The position numbers and the translations under genes were made by a program. A stretch of DNA of 64,000 nucleotides, from sequence record PV037725.1. One strand, written 5' to 3'. Under the pieces are notes generated by a model. It did not search any database. It was not told the origin of the DNA and was given only the letters and a program-made list of their open reading frames with translations. Each line of letters starts with the position of its first letter. The stretch's first letter is position 1. Positions 44,866 through 54,665 of this stretch are shown piece by piece.

Positions 44866-46488
44866 ATGGATAAATTCCTCCGCAGTAAAATGCTTGAACG
44901 TACAGCACCGTTTAATAAATCGGTGGCTAACGGTTTAGCACTCGAACACCTCATGGGGGTGAACGAAGCTGGACTGTGTAATCGTAGGGCATACATCGAT
45001 AAGATCTGGGCACTCAATGCTCAGATGTTCCCAGCTGGTTTTAAATATGAAGGTAGTGTGCTGTGTCGCCCTGAGCAGATGTTTCAAGAACTGACTAGGG
45101 AATACGGATCTAAGCGTACAGCTAACATTGCTAAGACCAACCATCGAATGATCGCGCTCAAGACATCCTTTAAAGGGGAACCTTGTTTCGATCGCTATAT
45201 CCTGATTCCATTCATCAACCAAGATTCAACCTGTCCGATTAACGGGGCAGTGTATATGCCTTCACCGGTAATGACTGATGTTGGTTATTCGGTATTGGCT
45301 AACACGATCTTCATTCCGTTTCGTCGAGCCAAGCTGACCTTTAAACAGATTGATCATCATTACGTCTGCAATGACCGACGTGAGATCAAGTATGTTATCT
45401 GGTCACAGATCCATAACGAGATGTCCAAACGTACTAAGAAGGATCTCGATAATCGTCATCGCATCGAGAGTTGCCTAGCTCACTATTTCTTCTGTGAGTT
45501 CGGAGTGAAGGAAACCTTTAAGCGTTGGGCTAACACAGACATTCGCATTGGTAAGATCACTGACTTCGGTACAGCTAAGTATCCTCGTGACAAGTGGAAC
45601 GTGTATCAGTCCGGTACATTGGTTGGTAAACACCCCACTGGTGACATGGCCATCGCTATCCCAGCAGAAGATGACTCTGACCTCGTACAACGTCTTGTGG
45701 CGGGTCTTTGGTATGTAGTGGATGCTTTCCCTAGTCGGTTCGTTGAACCGTCGTACCTGGACAACAAGGCACTCTGGCGAATCATTCTGGGCCTGATGAT
45801 CTTCGGTGACTTTGAGCACCAAGGTAAACTGGCCGAGAACATCGATGCTCACTTGAATTCGTTCAATAGTAGTCTCGATGCCGATACCATCAAAGAGCTG
45901 GCTTCGGTAGATGTAAAGGTCAACACGATCTGGGAACTGCTGTATGAGATCATGACTAGTATGGCGCACCACTTCTATGATACGGATATGGACGAAACCA
46001 GTCTGTGGAATAAATCACTGAGTGTGCTGCGTTATGTATTCGATGACCTGAACAGCGCTGTAACTATGTTCGGTTATGGTTTCCAGTCTCGGTTGGACAA
46101 AGATTGGACGATCAATGAGATCAATGATGCACTCAAGCGAGCGTTCAAGCCTAACACTGCAATGCGTCGTCTCTCGGTAGATCATGGTGAATTTGATACC
46201 GTGAGTTATCCGGGTGACAACAAAGCTATCAAACTGACTTCGATTGTAGTCCCACAGGACAAAGCTAAGTCTAAAGGTTCGCACAACAAGTCACTCATCG
46301 GTGACTCTAGTCGATTGATCCACGTCTCGCTCGCTGACATTGGACAATATAAGAACCAACCTAAGAATAACCCCGATGGTAGGGGGCGATTGAACCTCTA
46401 CGTTGATGTCGGTCCAGACGGGACCCTCCTTCGTGGTAAGGATGATCGCGCATTCTTAGATTCTGTACAAGCGCGCTTCAACCGATAA
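44866..46488 (+). CDS. Non-virion RNA polymerase beta-like subunit (phiKZ gp123-like)
   Basis: 540 aa; YILIPF...INGAVYMPSPVMTD and FDTVSYPGDNK.IKLTS resemble split beta-subunit motifs; size and position match recalled gp123. Confidence 0.8.
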   Translation: MDKFLRSKMLERTAPFNKSVANGLALEHLMGVNEAGLCNRRAYIDKIWALNAQMFPAGFKYEGSVLCRPEQMFQELTREYGSKRTANIAKTNHRMIALKTSFKGEPCFDRYILIPFINQDSTCPINGAVYMPSPVMTDVGYSVLANTIFIPFRRAKLTFKQIDHHYVCNDRREIKYVIWSQIHNEMSKRTKKDLDNRHRIESCLAHYFFCEFGVKETFKRWANTDIRIGKITDFGTAKYPRDKWNVYQSGTLVGKHPTGDMAIAIPAEDDSDLVQRLVAGLWYVVDAFPSRFVEPSYLDNKALWRIILGLMIFGDFEHQGKLAENIDAHLNSFNSSLDADTIKELASVDVKVNTIWELLYEIMTSMAHHFYDTDMDETSLWNKSLSVLRYVFDDLNSAVTMFGYGFQSRLDKDWTINEINDALKRAFKPNTAMRRLSVDHGEFDTVSYPGDNKAIKLTSIVVPQDKAKSKGSHNKSLIGDSSRLIHVSLADIGQYKNQPKNNPDGRGRLNLYVDVGPDGTLLRGKDDRAFLDSVQARFNR

Positions 46489-46509
46489 CTTAATTAGTAA
46501 AAGGGTGTA

Positions 46510-48600
46510 ATGATGCAAAACTTCAATCCGAACCAGAGTCTGCCTGTTCCATGCAATGAGGTCGACCCACGGTGGCTCAATAACAATCTGCCTCAGGGTA
46601 ATGATTGTGTTCCACCGATCCAGCTGAGTCAGTGGATGCAGGCCAACCAACAGGTTGGATTGATGACTATTGGCCTGGTACGTGCAATGGCACAGTCTGC
46701 CGCGCCGAAGTCACCGACTCACTGCTTCGTGTATAACCTGTTGTGTCAGAATGGTTTCCAGAACCAGATCTGGCAGCAGTGGGCACAGACGGCTGTAGAT
46801 TTCTGTGAAGTGTTGATCCTGATGCGACAGTACAATGTACAAGACGCTGTTAACAAAGCGGCTCAGTGCACTGTAGAGGCTTGCATGGGTGTTGCGTTCC
46901 ATACGTATCCAGCTCTGCAACAAGTTACCCCTAACAACTTCTGGGCTGGCCTGCAAGGTGCCCAGCAGATGTATCAGCAGATGACACTCGACATTCGTAA
47001 TCTGCGTAGCGGTAACTTCCAGAACGGTATGCAGCAACAGCAGCAATGGCCTGCTAACCCAACTGGTAACCTGCCACCGATCAACATGAATCAACACCAA
47101 CAGCAGTACAGCGGTCACCAGAACTATGGTCACCAAGTATCGGGTAATGGTCCAGCTGTTTCTAGCTATCAGCCACATAACCAGTACCAGACTAACAATG
47201 GTGCGACCAGCGGTGAAGTAGCTAACTCGTTGTACGACATCCCAGTAACTGAGCCTGTCAAACCACTGGTCCCTAAAGAAGAGATCAGCACTGACTACTT
47301 CGGTAATTCTTTCCATCAGGAACCCGCCCCAATGCAAACCTTTCAAAATGCAACACCAATCGTAGAAGAGACTACTCTGCCGATCCCGACCAACGTATCG
47401 GAAGTAGTCGTCGACCCAACCTATTATCAACCAACCGGTTTCAAACTGGACATCAACCGTGCATACGACTTGATCTGGAACCCAGGTGGTATCGAAATCC
47501 GTCCAGCTCAACTGGCAGATTGGGAAATCACTGTAGGTGACGATGCACCTTGGGCTCAACTGATGGACCCAACACGCTACTGTGCGTTCCTGGTCAAGTT
47601 CCCTGACGGTACTGTCAAAGAGAAATTCGTTGAATGGACTGACGCAATGAATTATCTCCGCCATGAACTCGATGCAGAACTGCGTCGTAAAGCATATCGC
47701 CCTAACGGTATCGTAGTATCCTCCAGCACCCCGATCTCCACCATTGGTGGCGATGCAATGAATGCTGAAGAAGTAGATTCTCTGGTTAAAGACGGTCACC
47801 TGAAACGTGAAACTGTACCAACCGTGATTCTGCCAGCAGTATTCCAAGGCTCGACCGATCTGGAAATCGAAGGACAAGTACGCGAAGAACTCAGCAACCT
47901 GCTGGAAGTAAACTTCAACGACGACATCCCAATGCCGACTGTAGAGTATCGCTCTCAGTTCACCCATACCCTGCCAATCGACCACGATGCGTTCATTGCA
48001 CTGGGTGAGTTCCGCGTAGGTAAAGATCTGGCACAGACTGCTCTGGGTCTGCGTGACTTGGCCACACAGGGTGTGATCTCGATTCGTGTACTGCATGCGC
48101 TGAATGACCGTCTGACCAAAGCCACCAACACCCTGATGGCTGACGCAATGGGTCTGACTATTCAGATCGATGACTTCTGCGAAGACTATCTGGCACTGGA
48201 AGATCACCTCGAAGCAAAACGTGGTATCGCCATGCGTCGTACTCTGCAAGGTGCAGCTGAAACGATTCTGAATCGTGCACTGACTCTGGTCGCTACCGAC
48301 AACGGTGAGGAGTTCTCCCCTACGGTGTATCATGTTGTAGATAACTTCGTGAACCATCAACTGGGCTGGGATCTGGCAGATCTGGCTACACTGAACCTGA
48401 AGTCCGGTAAGCCAGTACTGATCAGTCAACTGGCTCACCCTGTGATTCTGGAAACTCTGAAAGGTATGATCGCACGTAACAACGCCAACCGTGAAGTCTT
48501 CACTGGTGTACTGCGCCTGATCACTCGTGATGGCTACTATCTGGAAGTCCTGAAAGGTCGTCTGGTTGAGAATGCCACTTTGTTGAAACTGGTACGCTGA
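46510..48600 (+). CDS. Conserved jumbo-phage protein with internal Q/N-rich disordered region
   Basis: 696 aa; strong codon bias; QQQQQWPANPTG...QHQQQYSGHQNYGHQ. Confidence 0.7.
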   Translation: MMQNFNPNQSLPVPCNEVDPRWLNNNLPQGNDCVPPIQLSQWMQANQQVGLMTIGLVRAMAQSAAPKSPTHCFVYNLLCQNGFQNQIWQQWAQTAVDFCEVLILMRQYNVQDAVNKAAQCTVEACMGVAFHTYPALQQVTPNNFWAGLQGAQQMYQQMTLDIRNLRSGNFQNGMQQQQQWPANPTGNLPPINMNQHQQQYSGHQNYGHQVSGNGPAVSSYQPHNQYQTNNGATSGEVANSLYDIPVTEPVKPLVPKEEISTDYFGNSFHQEPAPMQTFQNATPIVEETTLPIPTNVSEVVVDPTYYQPTGFKLDINRAYDLIWNPGGIEIRPAQLADWEITVGDDAPWAQLMDPTRYCAFLVKFPDGTVKEKFVEWTDAMNYLRHELDAELRRKAYRPNGIVVSSSTPISTIGGDAMNAEEVDSLVKDGHLKRETVPTVILPAVFQGSTDLEIEGQVREELSNLLEVNFNDDIPMPTVEYRSQFTHTLPIDHDAFIALGEFRVGKDLAQTALGLRDLATQGVISIRVLHALNDRLTKATNTLMADAMGLTIQIDDFCEDYLALEDHLEAKRGIAMRRTLQGAAETILNRALTLVATDNGEEFSPTVYHVVDNFVNHQLGWDLADLATLNLKSGKPVLISQLAHPVILETLKGMIARNNANREVFTGVLRLITRDGYYLEVLKGRLVENATLLKLVR

Positions 48601-48634
48601 CATAAATGCCCCTCTTCGGAGGGGTAACTAATGG
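48601..48634. terminator. CATA-hairpin variant
   Basis: CATA aat GCCCCTC TTCG GAGGGGT aac TAATG. Confidence 0.7.
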
Positions 48635-48643
48635 AAAAATCGT

Positions 48644-48874
48644 ATGGTACGTTACAGCGTCGTAGAGAAAGCCGTATTAGTTACTTTGGGTAATCCCAGA
48701 TTAACTTTAGTTGAATTGGTACAAGCAATTCATGCGGTACATCCGGACATTAAACATGTCGCCTTTATCAAAACCTATGACCTGAAATATTTCACAGTCT
48801 GGGTTAAGTATAACGATCGTAAAACCGATACCTTTAATTTCATGCGTGGTAATTGGAGCGAATACAATGCCTAA
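48644..48874 (+). CDS. Hypothetical protein
   Basis: 76 aa. Confidence 0.55.
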   Translation: MVRYSVVEKAVLVTLGNPRLTLVELVQAIHAVHPDIKHVAFIKTYDLKYFTVWVKYNDRKTDTFNFMRGNWSEYNA

Positions 48875-49187
48875 TCACAAGTTTGATTTTTCGAATAGCG
48901 GTCTCACCGATCTCCGTGGTGAGCTGGTACTTAAAGCTTATAAGGATGCGTTTCGTAGTGGTCTCACCGATGCGGGTATCGCTGTTGCAATGCATCGCTC
49001 TGAACCCACCATTAAAAACGTGGCGTATGTAAGCGATAAGTCTGGAGCAGTTACAATCCGAACTAAGTTCCACGACAGTTCTACATTTGTACTGCACACC
49101 TACCAACAACCTGCTGTTGGTATTGACGTAGGTTACAGTTGGTCTGCTGATGTAACTATCAAAGATGGTGAAGTCACAGTGCATTAA
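48867..49187 (+). CDS. Hypothetical protein
   Basis: ATG 48867 after SD GGAG. Confidence 0.65.
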   Translation: MPNHKFDFSNSGLTDLRGELVLKAYKDAFRSGLTDAGIAVAMHRSEPTIKNVAYVSDKSGAVTIRTKFHDSSTFVLHTYQQPAVGIDVGYSWSADVTIKDGEVTVH

Positions 49188-49217
49188 CATAGTGCCCTCC
49201 TACGGGAGGGCGTTATG
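49188..49217. terminator. CATA-hairpin-TATG element
   Basis: CATA gt GCCCTCC TACG GGAGGGC gt TATG. Confidence 0.85.
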
Positions 49218-49239
49218 ACATTTAAAGCTTTTTAAAGCG

Positions 49240-49247
49240 TATATTAC
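49240..49247 (+). promoter_or_regulatory. phiKZ-type early promoter (TATATTAC)
   Basis: TTTTTAAAGCG TATATTAC, same upstream context as the 23424 promoter. Confidence 0.75.
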
Positions 49248-49257
49248 AAAGGTGTAT

Positions 49258-49695
49258 ATGGAAGCTCAACTCGTACTTACGCAAGACGGTTACATGTATG
49301 CAGACTTCCTAATGGACGATGGTCCAGCTGGTTTCGAAGATTGTATGCAGACATCCTACTTCTATCATCGGCTTATGCACGGTATAGCCTTTGCCGAACT
49401 GGGTGAACCATGTACTGATCATCTATTGGGTGATCCAGTAGCTACCCTAAGACGTATTGTCTGTATTGATGAAAAGTCGGTCTGTGCACACATTACCATG
49501 GAAGCTATCCTTGGGATGGGTGATATGGTTCGAGCATTCTTCAAACCTTCAGGTCCACGTGCAGATGCATTGCGTCAACTGTGGCTAACTAACCCCACTG
49601 GCCTTAAAGCCAAGTTCCGATTCACCGAAGCCAATGACGATGAAGGTGACCTCAAAGTCATGAACATCTATGGCATCGATGTAATTCAAAATTAA
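49258..49695 (+). CDS. Hypothetical early protein
   Basis: ATG 10 nt after the promoter octamer. Confidence 0.65.
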   Translation: MEAQLVLTQDGYMYADFLMDDGPAGFEDCMQTSYFYHRLMHGIAFAELGEPCTDHLLGDPVATLRRIVCIDEKSVCAHITMEAILGMGDMVRAFFKPSGPRADALRQLWLTNPTGLKAKFRFTEANDDEGDLKVMNIYGIDVIQN

Positions 49696-49712
49696 CTAGA
49701 AGGATATACCCC

Positions 49713-50381
49713 ATGTTTATCGATACCGCTAAAGTGGAAGGCTTCAAGAACTGGTTCTTCGGTCGCCCTAACTTCATGTTGGATGACGATGAGGCTTTCA
49801 GTGATCTGCCAGTACATGTGGCGACTGAAGCCGATCTTCCAAAAGATGGCGACCCAGATGCTAAGTACTTTGTTGCTGAGACTGGTGACACCTATCGTTA
49901 TAGAGATGGGGCGTATTACGTCATCGATGTTTACAGCTACGGCTGCACCAATCAATACCGTGAAGCACCGCGGCGTGTAGTTTGCCGTGAAGTCATCACT
50001 GACTATTCTTACACACTCGGTTCGATCACCGCCGATCAAATCCGTGCCGGGACTTCGCCAGTGCTAGCTACCTTGTACAACATCCAAGCCCTGTTGATCG
50101 ATCTTGCACAAATCCGTCGGATGTACGTTACCGGTTATCGTACCACGCTGATGGAAGTACTCAGCAAAGGTCCATACGTCGACAAAGACCAAAACGTGAC
50201 TAACTGGTTCTCCAGCAATCACTCGATGCTCTATCGTCTACTGGCCAGCAGTCAACGATCGAAAGACTCGTTCAACACCGCGGTGGTGGATGCAGTGCAC
50301 AAACAAGAATATGTGCTGACCTGGGATGATGACAAAAATCGTGCTGTGTTTAAAATCGACGACTTCATTGTTTATCTGTGA
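49713..50381 (+). CDS. Hypothetical early protein
   Basis: SD GAAGGA; 222 aa. Confidence 0.7.
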   Translation: MFIDTAKVEGFKNWFFGRPNFMLDDDEAFSDLPVHVATEADLPKDGDPDAKYFVAETGDTYRYRDGAYYVIDVYSYGCTNQYREAPRRVVCREVITDYSYTLGSITADQIRAGTSPVLATLYNIQALLIDLAQIRRMYVTGYRTTLMEVLSKGPYVDKDQNVTNWFSSNHSMLYRLLASSQRSKDSFNTAVVDAVHKQEYVLTWDDDKNRAVFKIDDFIVYL

Positions 50382-50388
50382 GGGAAAC

Positions 50389-50649
50389 ATGAAAATCAAA
50401 GTTCTTGCTGTAATGGCATTGCTTGCTTTGGTCGGTTGTAGTGATGATGCAACTGTAGGTACGCTAAGCGCAGTTCGTTGTGACGAAGCTGCGTGTAAGG
50501 TGGTCCTTAGTACTAAAGACATTGCGAACGCACCAAAGTTTACCGAGTATAGGTCGTGTGTCCGTGACGTTGAAAAGTTACTTGCTCGTAAAGTAATCAT
50601 AATCAACAAGCCGGGTGCATGCGTGGCTATCTACGACTACTACCAATGA
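50389..50649 (+). CDS. Lipoprotein
   Basis: MKIKVLAVMALLALVG-C: basic N-region, hydrophobic core, lipobox LVGC; SD GAGGG. Confidence 0.8.
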   Translation: MKIKVLAVMALLALVGCSDDATVGTLSAVRCDEAACKVVLSTKDIANAPKFTEYRSCVRDVEKLLARKVIIINKPGACVAIYDYYQ

Positions 50650-51092
50650 TTAAGTTGGAATCGGCAACTACATTCGTAACGGCTTTCTCAGCGTTACCAT
50701 TCATCCAGTCCCTCAACCGTTACTATCCTGACATTGAATACTGGTACGTCAACAAAGTCGTACCGGGTTTGATCGTGGGTAATGACAAACTACTGGTCGC
50801 CCATGACAACGGCATCATTGCCGGAATCGCATTAGGTAAGGCTAGTGAGGATGAAGCTAAACTGAGATGTGTTCGAGTTCACCCAGACCATCAAAACGGT
50901 GGATTGGGTATTCGACTCATTGATGGGATGCTTGATCTGATTGGTGAACGTATGCCTGGTGTAACGGTAGCTGAAGAGATGATTAACCTGTATAGCCGAG
51001 CATTCGTGAAGCGTTATGGGTTCAATCTTTCGGATGTTACCAAAGGTCGGTATCGCCAAGGTAAGTTGGAATACGGTTTCAATGGGGCTTAG
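50646..51092 (+). CDS. GNAT-family acetyltransferase
   Basis: Acetyl-CoA motif A VRVHPDHQNGGLGIRL; FVKRYGF; ATGA overlap. Confidence 0.85.
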   Translation: MIKLESATTFVTAFSALPFIQSLNRYYPDIEYWYVNKVVPGLIVGNDKLLVAHDNGIIAGIALGKASEDEAKLRCVRVHPDHQNGGLGIRLIDGMLDLIGERMPGVTVAEEMINLYSRAFVKRYGFNLSDVTKGRYRQGKLEYGFNGA

Positions 51093-51103
51093 GTCCCAAG
51101 CGT

Positions 51104-51135
51104 TATAAAGCCCCTCCGTAAGGAGGGGCAATATG
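51104..51135. terminator. Bidirectional TATA-hairpin-TATG element
   Basis: TATA aa GCCCCTCC GTAA GGAGGGGC aa TATG, then a T-run. Confidence 0.85.
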
Positions 51136-51150
51136 ACGTTATTTTTTTTT

Positions 51151-51582
51151 TCACGTTTCCGTGTATTCCAGAGTAATCTGGTCGGAAGGTAAGTAGGCCA
51201 TACACGATGGGGTAGTCGCGATGTTGACTGTCGGACCACTTATTGGACGATCAAGGAATTCAGATTCCTGTAAAGGTACACCCATCTGCTCTCGCAATAC
51301 CCTTAGGACGTCGTAGAAGCGCGCGTAGTCGCTAGACTTACCCGGAACCTTAATACCCCTAAGGTCTTGACTTAAACGTCTCCGAATGAAGTACAAGGTT
51401 TGCACACCACCGAAAGATTCGTTATCAGCTTTAGCAACGATATTCACACGGGAGTTACACTGACCTTGTAACCATACCTCAGGTACACCAAAGTTTACGT
51501 CGTTTGGTTGTATAGCGGGCTTAACCTTGTTCAACCGGTTAAACTCGGTGAGCAATGATTGTTTTACATTAACTACTAACAT
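51151..51582 (-). CDS. Virion structural protein (phiKZ gp126-like)
   Basis: ATG 51582 after SD GAGGTG; NSRVNIVA...FGGVQTLYFIRRRL motif shared with the neighbour. Confidence 0.6.
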   Translation of the reverse strand: MLVVNVKQSLLTEFNRLNKVKPAIQPNDVNFGVPEVWLQGQCNSRVNIVAKADNESFGGVQTLYFIRRRLSQDLRGIKVPGKSSDYARFYDVLRVLREQMGVPLQESEFLDRPISGPTVNIATTPSCMAYLPSDQITLEYTET

Positions 51583-51589
51583 AGTCACC

Positions 51590-52456
51590 TCAGTTGTAAT
51601 GGAGCAGTAAGTAGCCACCCAGGCCGGTTGAAAGATCGCCTAACAGTAACACACAAACATTTCGAATGTCTTTACGTGGACTGTAACGTGGTAGCACTAC
51701 ACCGTTGTACAGGACTGACAGGCGTGCTTCACCTGAGACGACTTCACCAGCAATGTTCCATTCACCAGGCTCGACTGTACATGTAAATGGATAAGCAGTT
51801 TTATCGTTCAACAGTGCCGCTAACTTACGACCGCTAGGCCATACCGAACTAGGTGAGAGCTGTTTGATGAAATCACGATCACTCGTGAAATCAAAACCAG
51901 AGGTAGTGTATTGTGCAACTACCTTACTGATAACACTACCCAGAGGTCGAGCATTAGCTTGTTCTAGTTCCAGCCGATCACCAACATTAGGTAATAGCTG
52001 TTTAGTGGTATTGACCAGTTGGAAGTCAACCGAACCCACGAACCGCAGTGATTTCTCGTTAGCGGTAAGCGTGTAGGTCTTTAGGTATTCATCGTAACGA
52101 ACGTGAACGAAATCATTCAGTGTAAATACGATGTCATTCAACTCACTAATGGCATCTAACACTTTAAAGGTGTTAGTTGGTAAGGCGAACCCACTAAGTT
52201 GTTTGGTACCCACGAAGAACGTACTGAGATCAATACGATCGTACAGGTAATTCTCACGAGTTACCACCGGCTGTGTGTTGTTCGGGTCAATGCTACGATG
52301 AGCATCAACCTCGATTTGTGTACGCGTGCCACCCAAGGAGGTAAACGTCTTCAATGTGGCAGTGTAGGGTGTCAGGTCAGTCTGATAGACTTCATTGATC
52401 CGATTGATTACAGCTGTCCAAGGATCAGCCTTCAAATAGTCTTTTGTGCTATACAT
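51590..52456 (-). CDS. Virion structural protein (phiKZ gp127-like)
   Basis: 288 aa; YLYDRIDLS...KSLRFVGSV motif typical of this jumbo-phage baseplate-associated family. Confidence 0.6.
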   Translation of the reverse strand: MYSTKDYLKADPWTAVINRINEVYQTDLTPYTATLKTFTSLGGTRTQIEVDAHRSIDPNNTQPVVTRENYLYDRIDLSTFFVGTKQLSGFALPTNTFKVLDAISELNDIVFTLNDFVHVRYDEYLKTYTLTANEKSLRFVGSVDFQLVNTTKQLLPNVGDRLELEQANARPLGSVISKVVAQYTTSGFDFTSDRDFIKQLSPSSVWPSGRKLAALLNDKTAYPFTCTVEPGEWNIAGEVVSGEARLSVLYNGVVLPRYSPRKDIRNVCVLLLGDLSTGLGGYLLLHYN

Positions 52457-52458
52457 AC

Positions 52459-54630
52459 TTAGTTCTCTAATTTAGGCCATGTTGGATCATCGGAAGGTTC
52501 GTAGAACCCAAGCTCACCATCTGGATCTGGTTCATTGTGAACAACCACCTGAACATTACTAACACCAAGGCTTACCACAGGTAATGGGTACTTACCGCTG
52601 TTAAAAGAAGTTTCACGAACATCTACCATTGGATCAATCCACCAACGACCTTCTTGTCTATAAGTCCAACTAATCTCTGGACCTACCACAGCATCACTGA
52701 TCGTGTACCGTGCTTTCTGAAGTGCAGTGTACTGGCGCAGGGCGATATTAACAATAGGTACGATCAATGTATCGCCGGTCTTAACAGAGATATCGCCAAT
52801 ACGTGGCATCACCATACCCAGCACATGGAACTTGGTATATTCAACGTTACGCAAGAACTGAGCGATGTAGCTAGACATCTTAGACATCAGCCTCAAGAGT
52901 TCACGTTGGACTTCACCCAAGGTAATGATCCTTACCAAGTTAGCGCCAGTGGCAATGTTAATGGTATCAAGCATTAACTGTTCCATATCTGGAGCAGACA
53001 TGTCAGTGATCTCAAAGCCAGCAGTCTTGAAGTAATCATCCCACGTAATGTCACCATCAACCAATGTACACATCCGGTTCATGTAGTGCATGCGAACGAT
53101 CTGTTCACAGTACCCACGACCAACCATGTGTTCTTGGAAACTATAGAGTTCCCATTGCTTGAGGTATCGTTGATGTGCATCGGCACAGTCCAAATAGAAC
53201 TGTTCAGTCGAGATGTAATCACCCATTGGTGGAGTAATGTCTTGGATAGCCGTGATAATACGATCTGGGATAAGTCGGATAGGTGACATTGCTCGAAGCT
53301 CTGCAAACGGTGGAGACCTTGGTCGCAATACATCGTAAGCTACGAACTTAGGAATAGTTGGGCTTAACCAACCACGCGTTTTCATCCAGCAATACATTGT
53401 AACGATCCATGCATCCTTTACAGACATGGTCATCATCACACCGTTCTTAGGGTTCGGGATCTGCACAAAGGCGCGGTAACGAGAACTAGACGCAAGGTCA
53501 AGCCACTCATTCAAAAGAACGCTTTGTAAGCTACGGACGTTAGACACAGACCGGTCAATAACCTCAGAGTCGTAGACCCGTGTAGGTAATACACTGTATG
53601 CGCTGTAACCCATATCACGTTGAATGTCACGTTCAGTCTCAAATTCAACCAGCGGGTTATCACGAGCCAACAACTGCTCACGTGCCAGAATAGTCGCTGT
53701 TGGAACCGAAGCATTATCTTCATCAACAACTTTGAAGTTAATGTCATGCTTAACCATCTCGGCCGAAGCCTTGAAGTCACGCAGAAGGTTCTTAGAGTTC
53801 TGTTCTAAGGTGTATTCCAGAATAGGGATACCGCGGTGAGTCAAGATGTTCTGAACCAGTCGACGGAAATTATCCTTGCTACCCGCATGTCGTTGTAGGT
53901 AATTGATGTTCCGATAAAGCCAAAGCATCTGGAATGTATCGAGATAAGGGATAAAGTCATCGAGGTGTTCATGTGACGCTAGGTATTCACGAATGTGATA
54001 ACTGTGCGCTTGGTTGGTCTTAGCCTTATCCATACGCAGAGCCATGATACCTGGAACCATTCGAAGGTACATGTTACCTAGAAAGCCTGCGTGGTACTGT
54101 GTGTCGATCAAGTTAAACTGATCGTTGTACCAGCGCAAGTAGAATGTATCTACCCAATCTTGTAGTTGATAGATCAGGATACCCTCCTGCTCCTCGATAT
54201 ACGCCTTGTCGTAGTAAAGGATCTTACCGTTTGGGGCATCAATGGCAGTTTGAATATCGATTGGATAAAGAATACCCGTGATCAAGTCTACCTGTTTAGG
54301 GTACTGGCGAGCTAAGCTCTTGTAGAGCGTGCTACCCGGTACGTAAGAACGCGCAGTAGCTCGATGTATGGCTAGGTTAGCTTTCGTGAACTCAATGACC
54401 TCTAGAGTGTCTGAGGACCTTACATACATCATCTCATCGGTGGAATGGTATTCCCCGGCCAAGTGCATGTAGTATTTCCAGCTTGCGGGGTTATCTTGGT
54501 CTACAGTAATTGGAAAATTTCGCTCGAGTTGATAATTGATTTGTTCGGCAGTCTGGTTAAACTTAATAATGACTGAGCGCACCAATTTAATAGTATCATC
54601 TCGATAAACATCAAAGTATACGTTACTCAT
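52459..54630 (-). CDS. Baseplate-associated virion protein (phiKZ gp128-like)
   Basis: 723 aa; WKYYMHLAGEYH and WLYRNI.YL...G motifs; divergent from the portal gene. Confidence 0.65.
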   Translation of the reverse strand: MSNVYFDVYRDDTIKLVRSVIIKFNQTAEQINYQLERNFPITVDQDNPASWKYYMHLAGEYHSTDEMMYVRSSDTLEVIEFTKANLAIHRATARSYVPGSTLYKSLARQYPKQVDLITGILYPIDIQTAIDAPNGKILYYDKAYIEEQEGILIYQLQDWVDTFYLRWYNDQFNLIDTQYHAGFLGNMYLRMVPGIMALRMDKAKTNQAHSYHIREYLASHEHLDDFIPYLDTFQMLWLYRNINYLQRHAGSKDNFRRLVQNILTHRGIPILEYTLEQNSKNLLRDFKASAEMVKHDINFKVVDEDNASVPTATILAREQLLARDNPLVEFETERDIQRDMGYSAYSVLPTRVYDSEVIDRSVSNVRSLQSVLLNEWLDLASSSRYRAFVQIPNPKNGVMMTMSVKDAWIVTMYCWMKTRGWLSPTIPKFVAYDVLRPRSPPFAELRAMSPIRLIPDRIITAIQDITPPMGDYISTEQFYLDCADAHQRYLKQWELYSFQEHMVGRGYCEQIVRMHYMNRMCTLVDGDITWDDYFKTAGFEITDMSAPDMEQLMLDTINIATGANLVRIITLGEVQRELLRLMSKMSSYIAQFLRNVEYTKFHVLGMVMPRIGDISVKTGDTLIVPIVNIALRQYTALQKARYTISDAVVGPEISWTYRQEGRWWIDPMVDVRETSFNSGKYPLPVVSLGVSNVQVVVHNEPDPDGELGFYEPSDDPTWPKLEN

Positions 54631-54665
54631 GGTAAGATACTCACTTAGTAATTTGGGAGTTTTAA

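Noticed and set aside
38631-46488. Inteins or introns in the helicase, capsid or RNAP subunit genes
   Set aside because: Lengths match uninterrupted family members, and no intein (C...HN) or homing endonuclease motifs were seen.
46711-48603. 630-aa antisense ORF; likewise 14958-15971, 30526-31494 and 56370-57098
   Set aside because: Codon-bias shadows of the sense genes, with non-protein-like composition.
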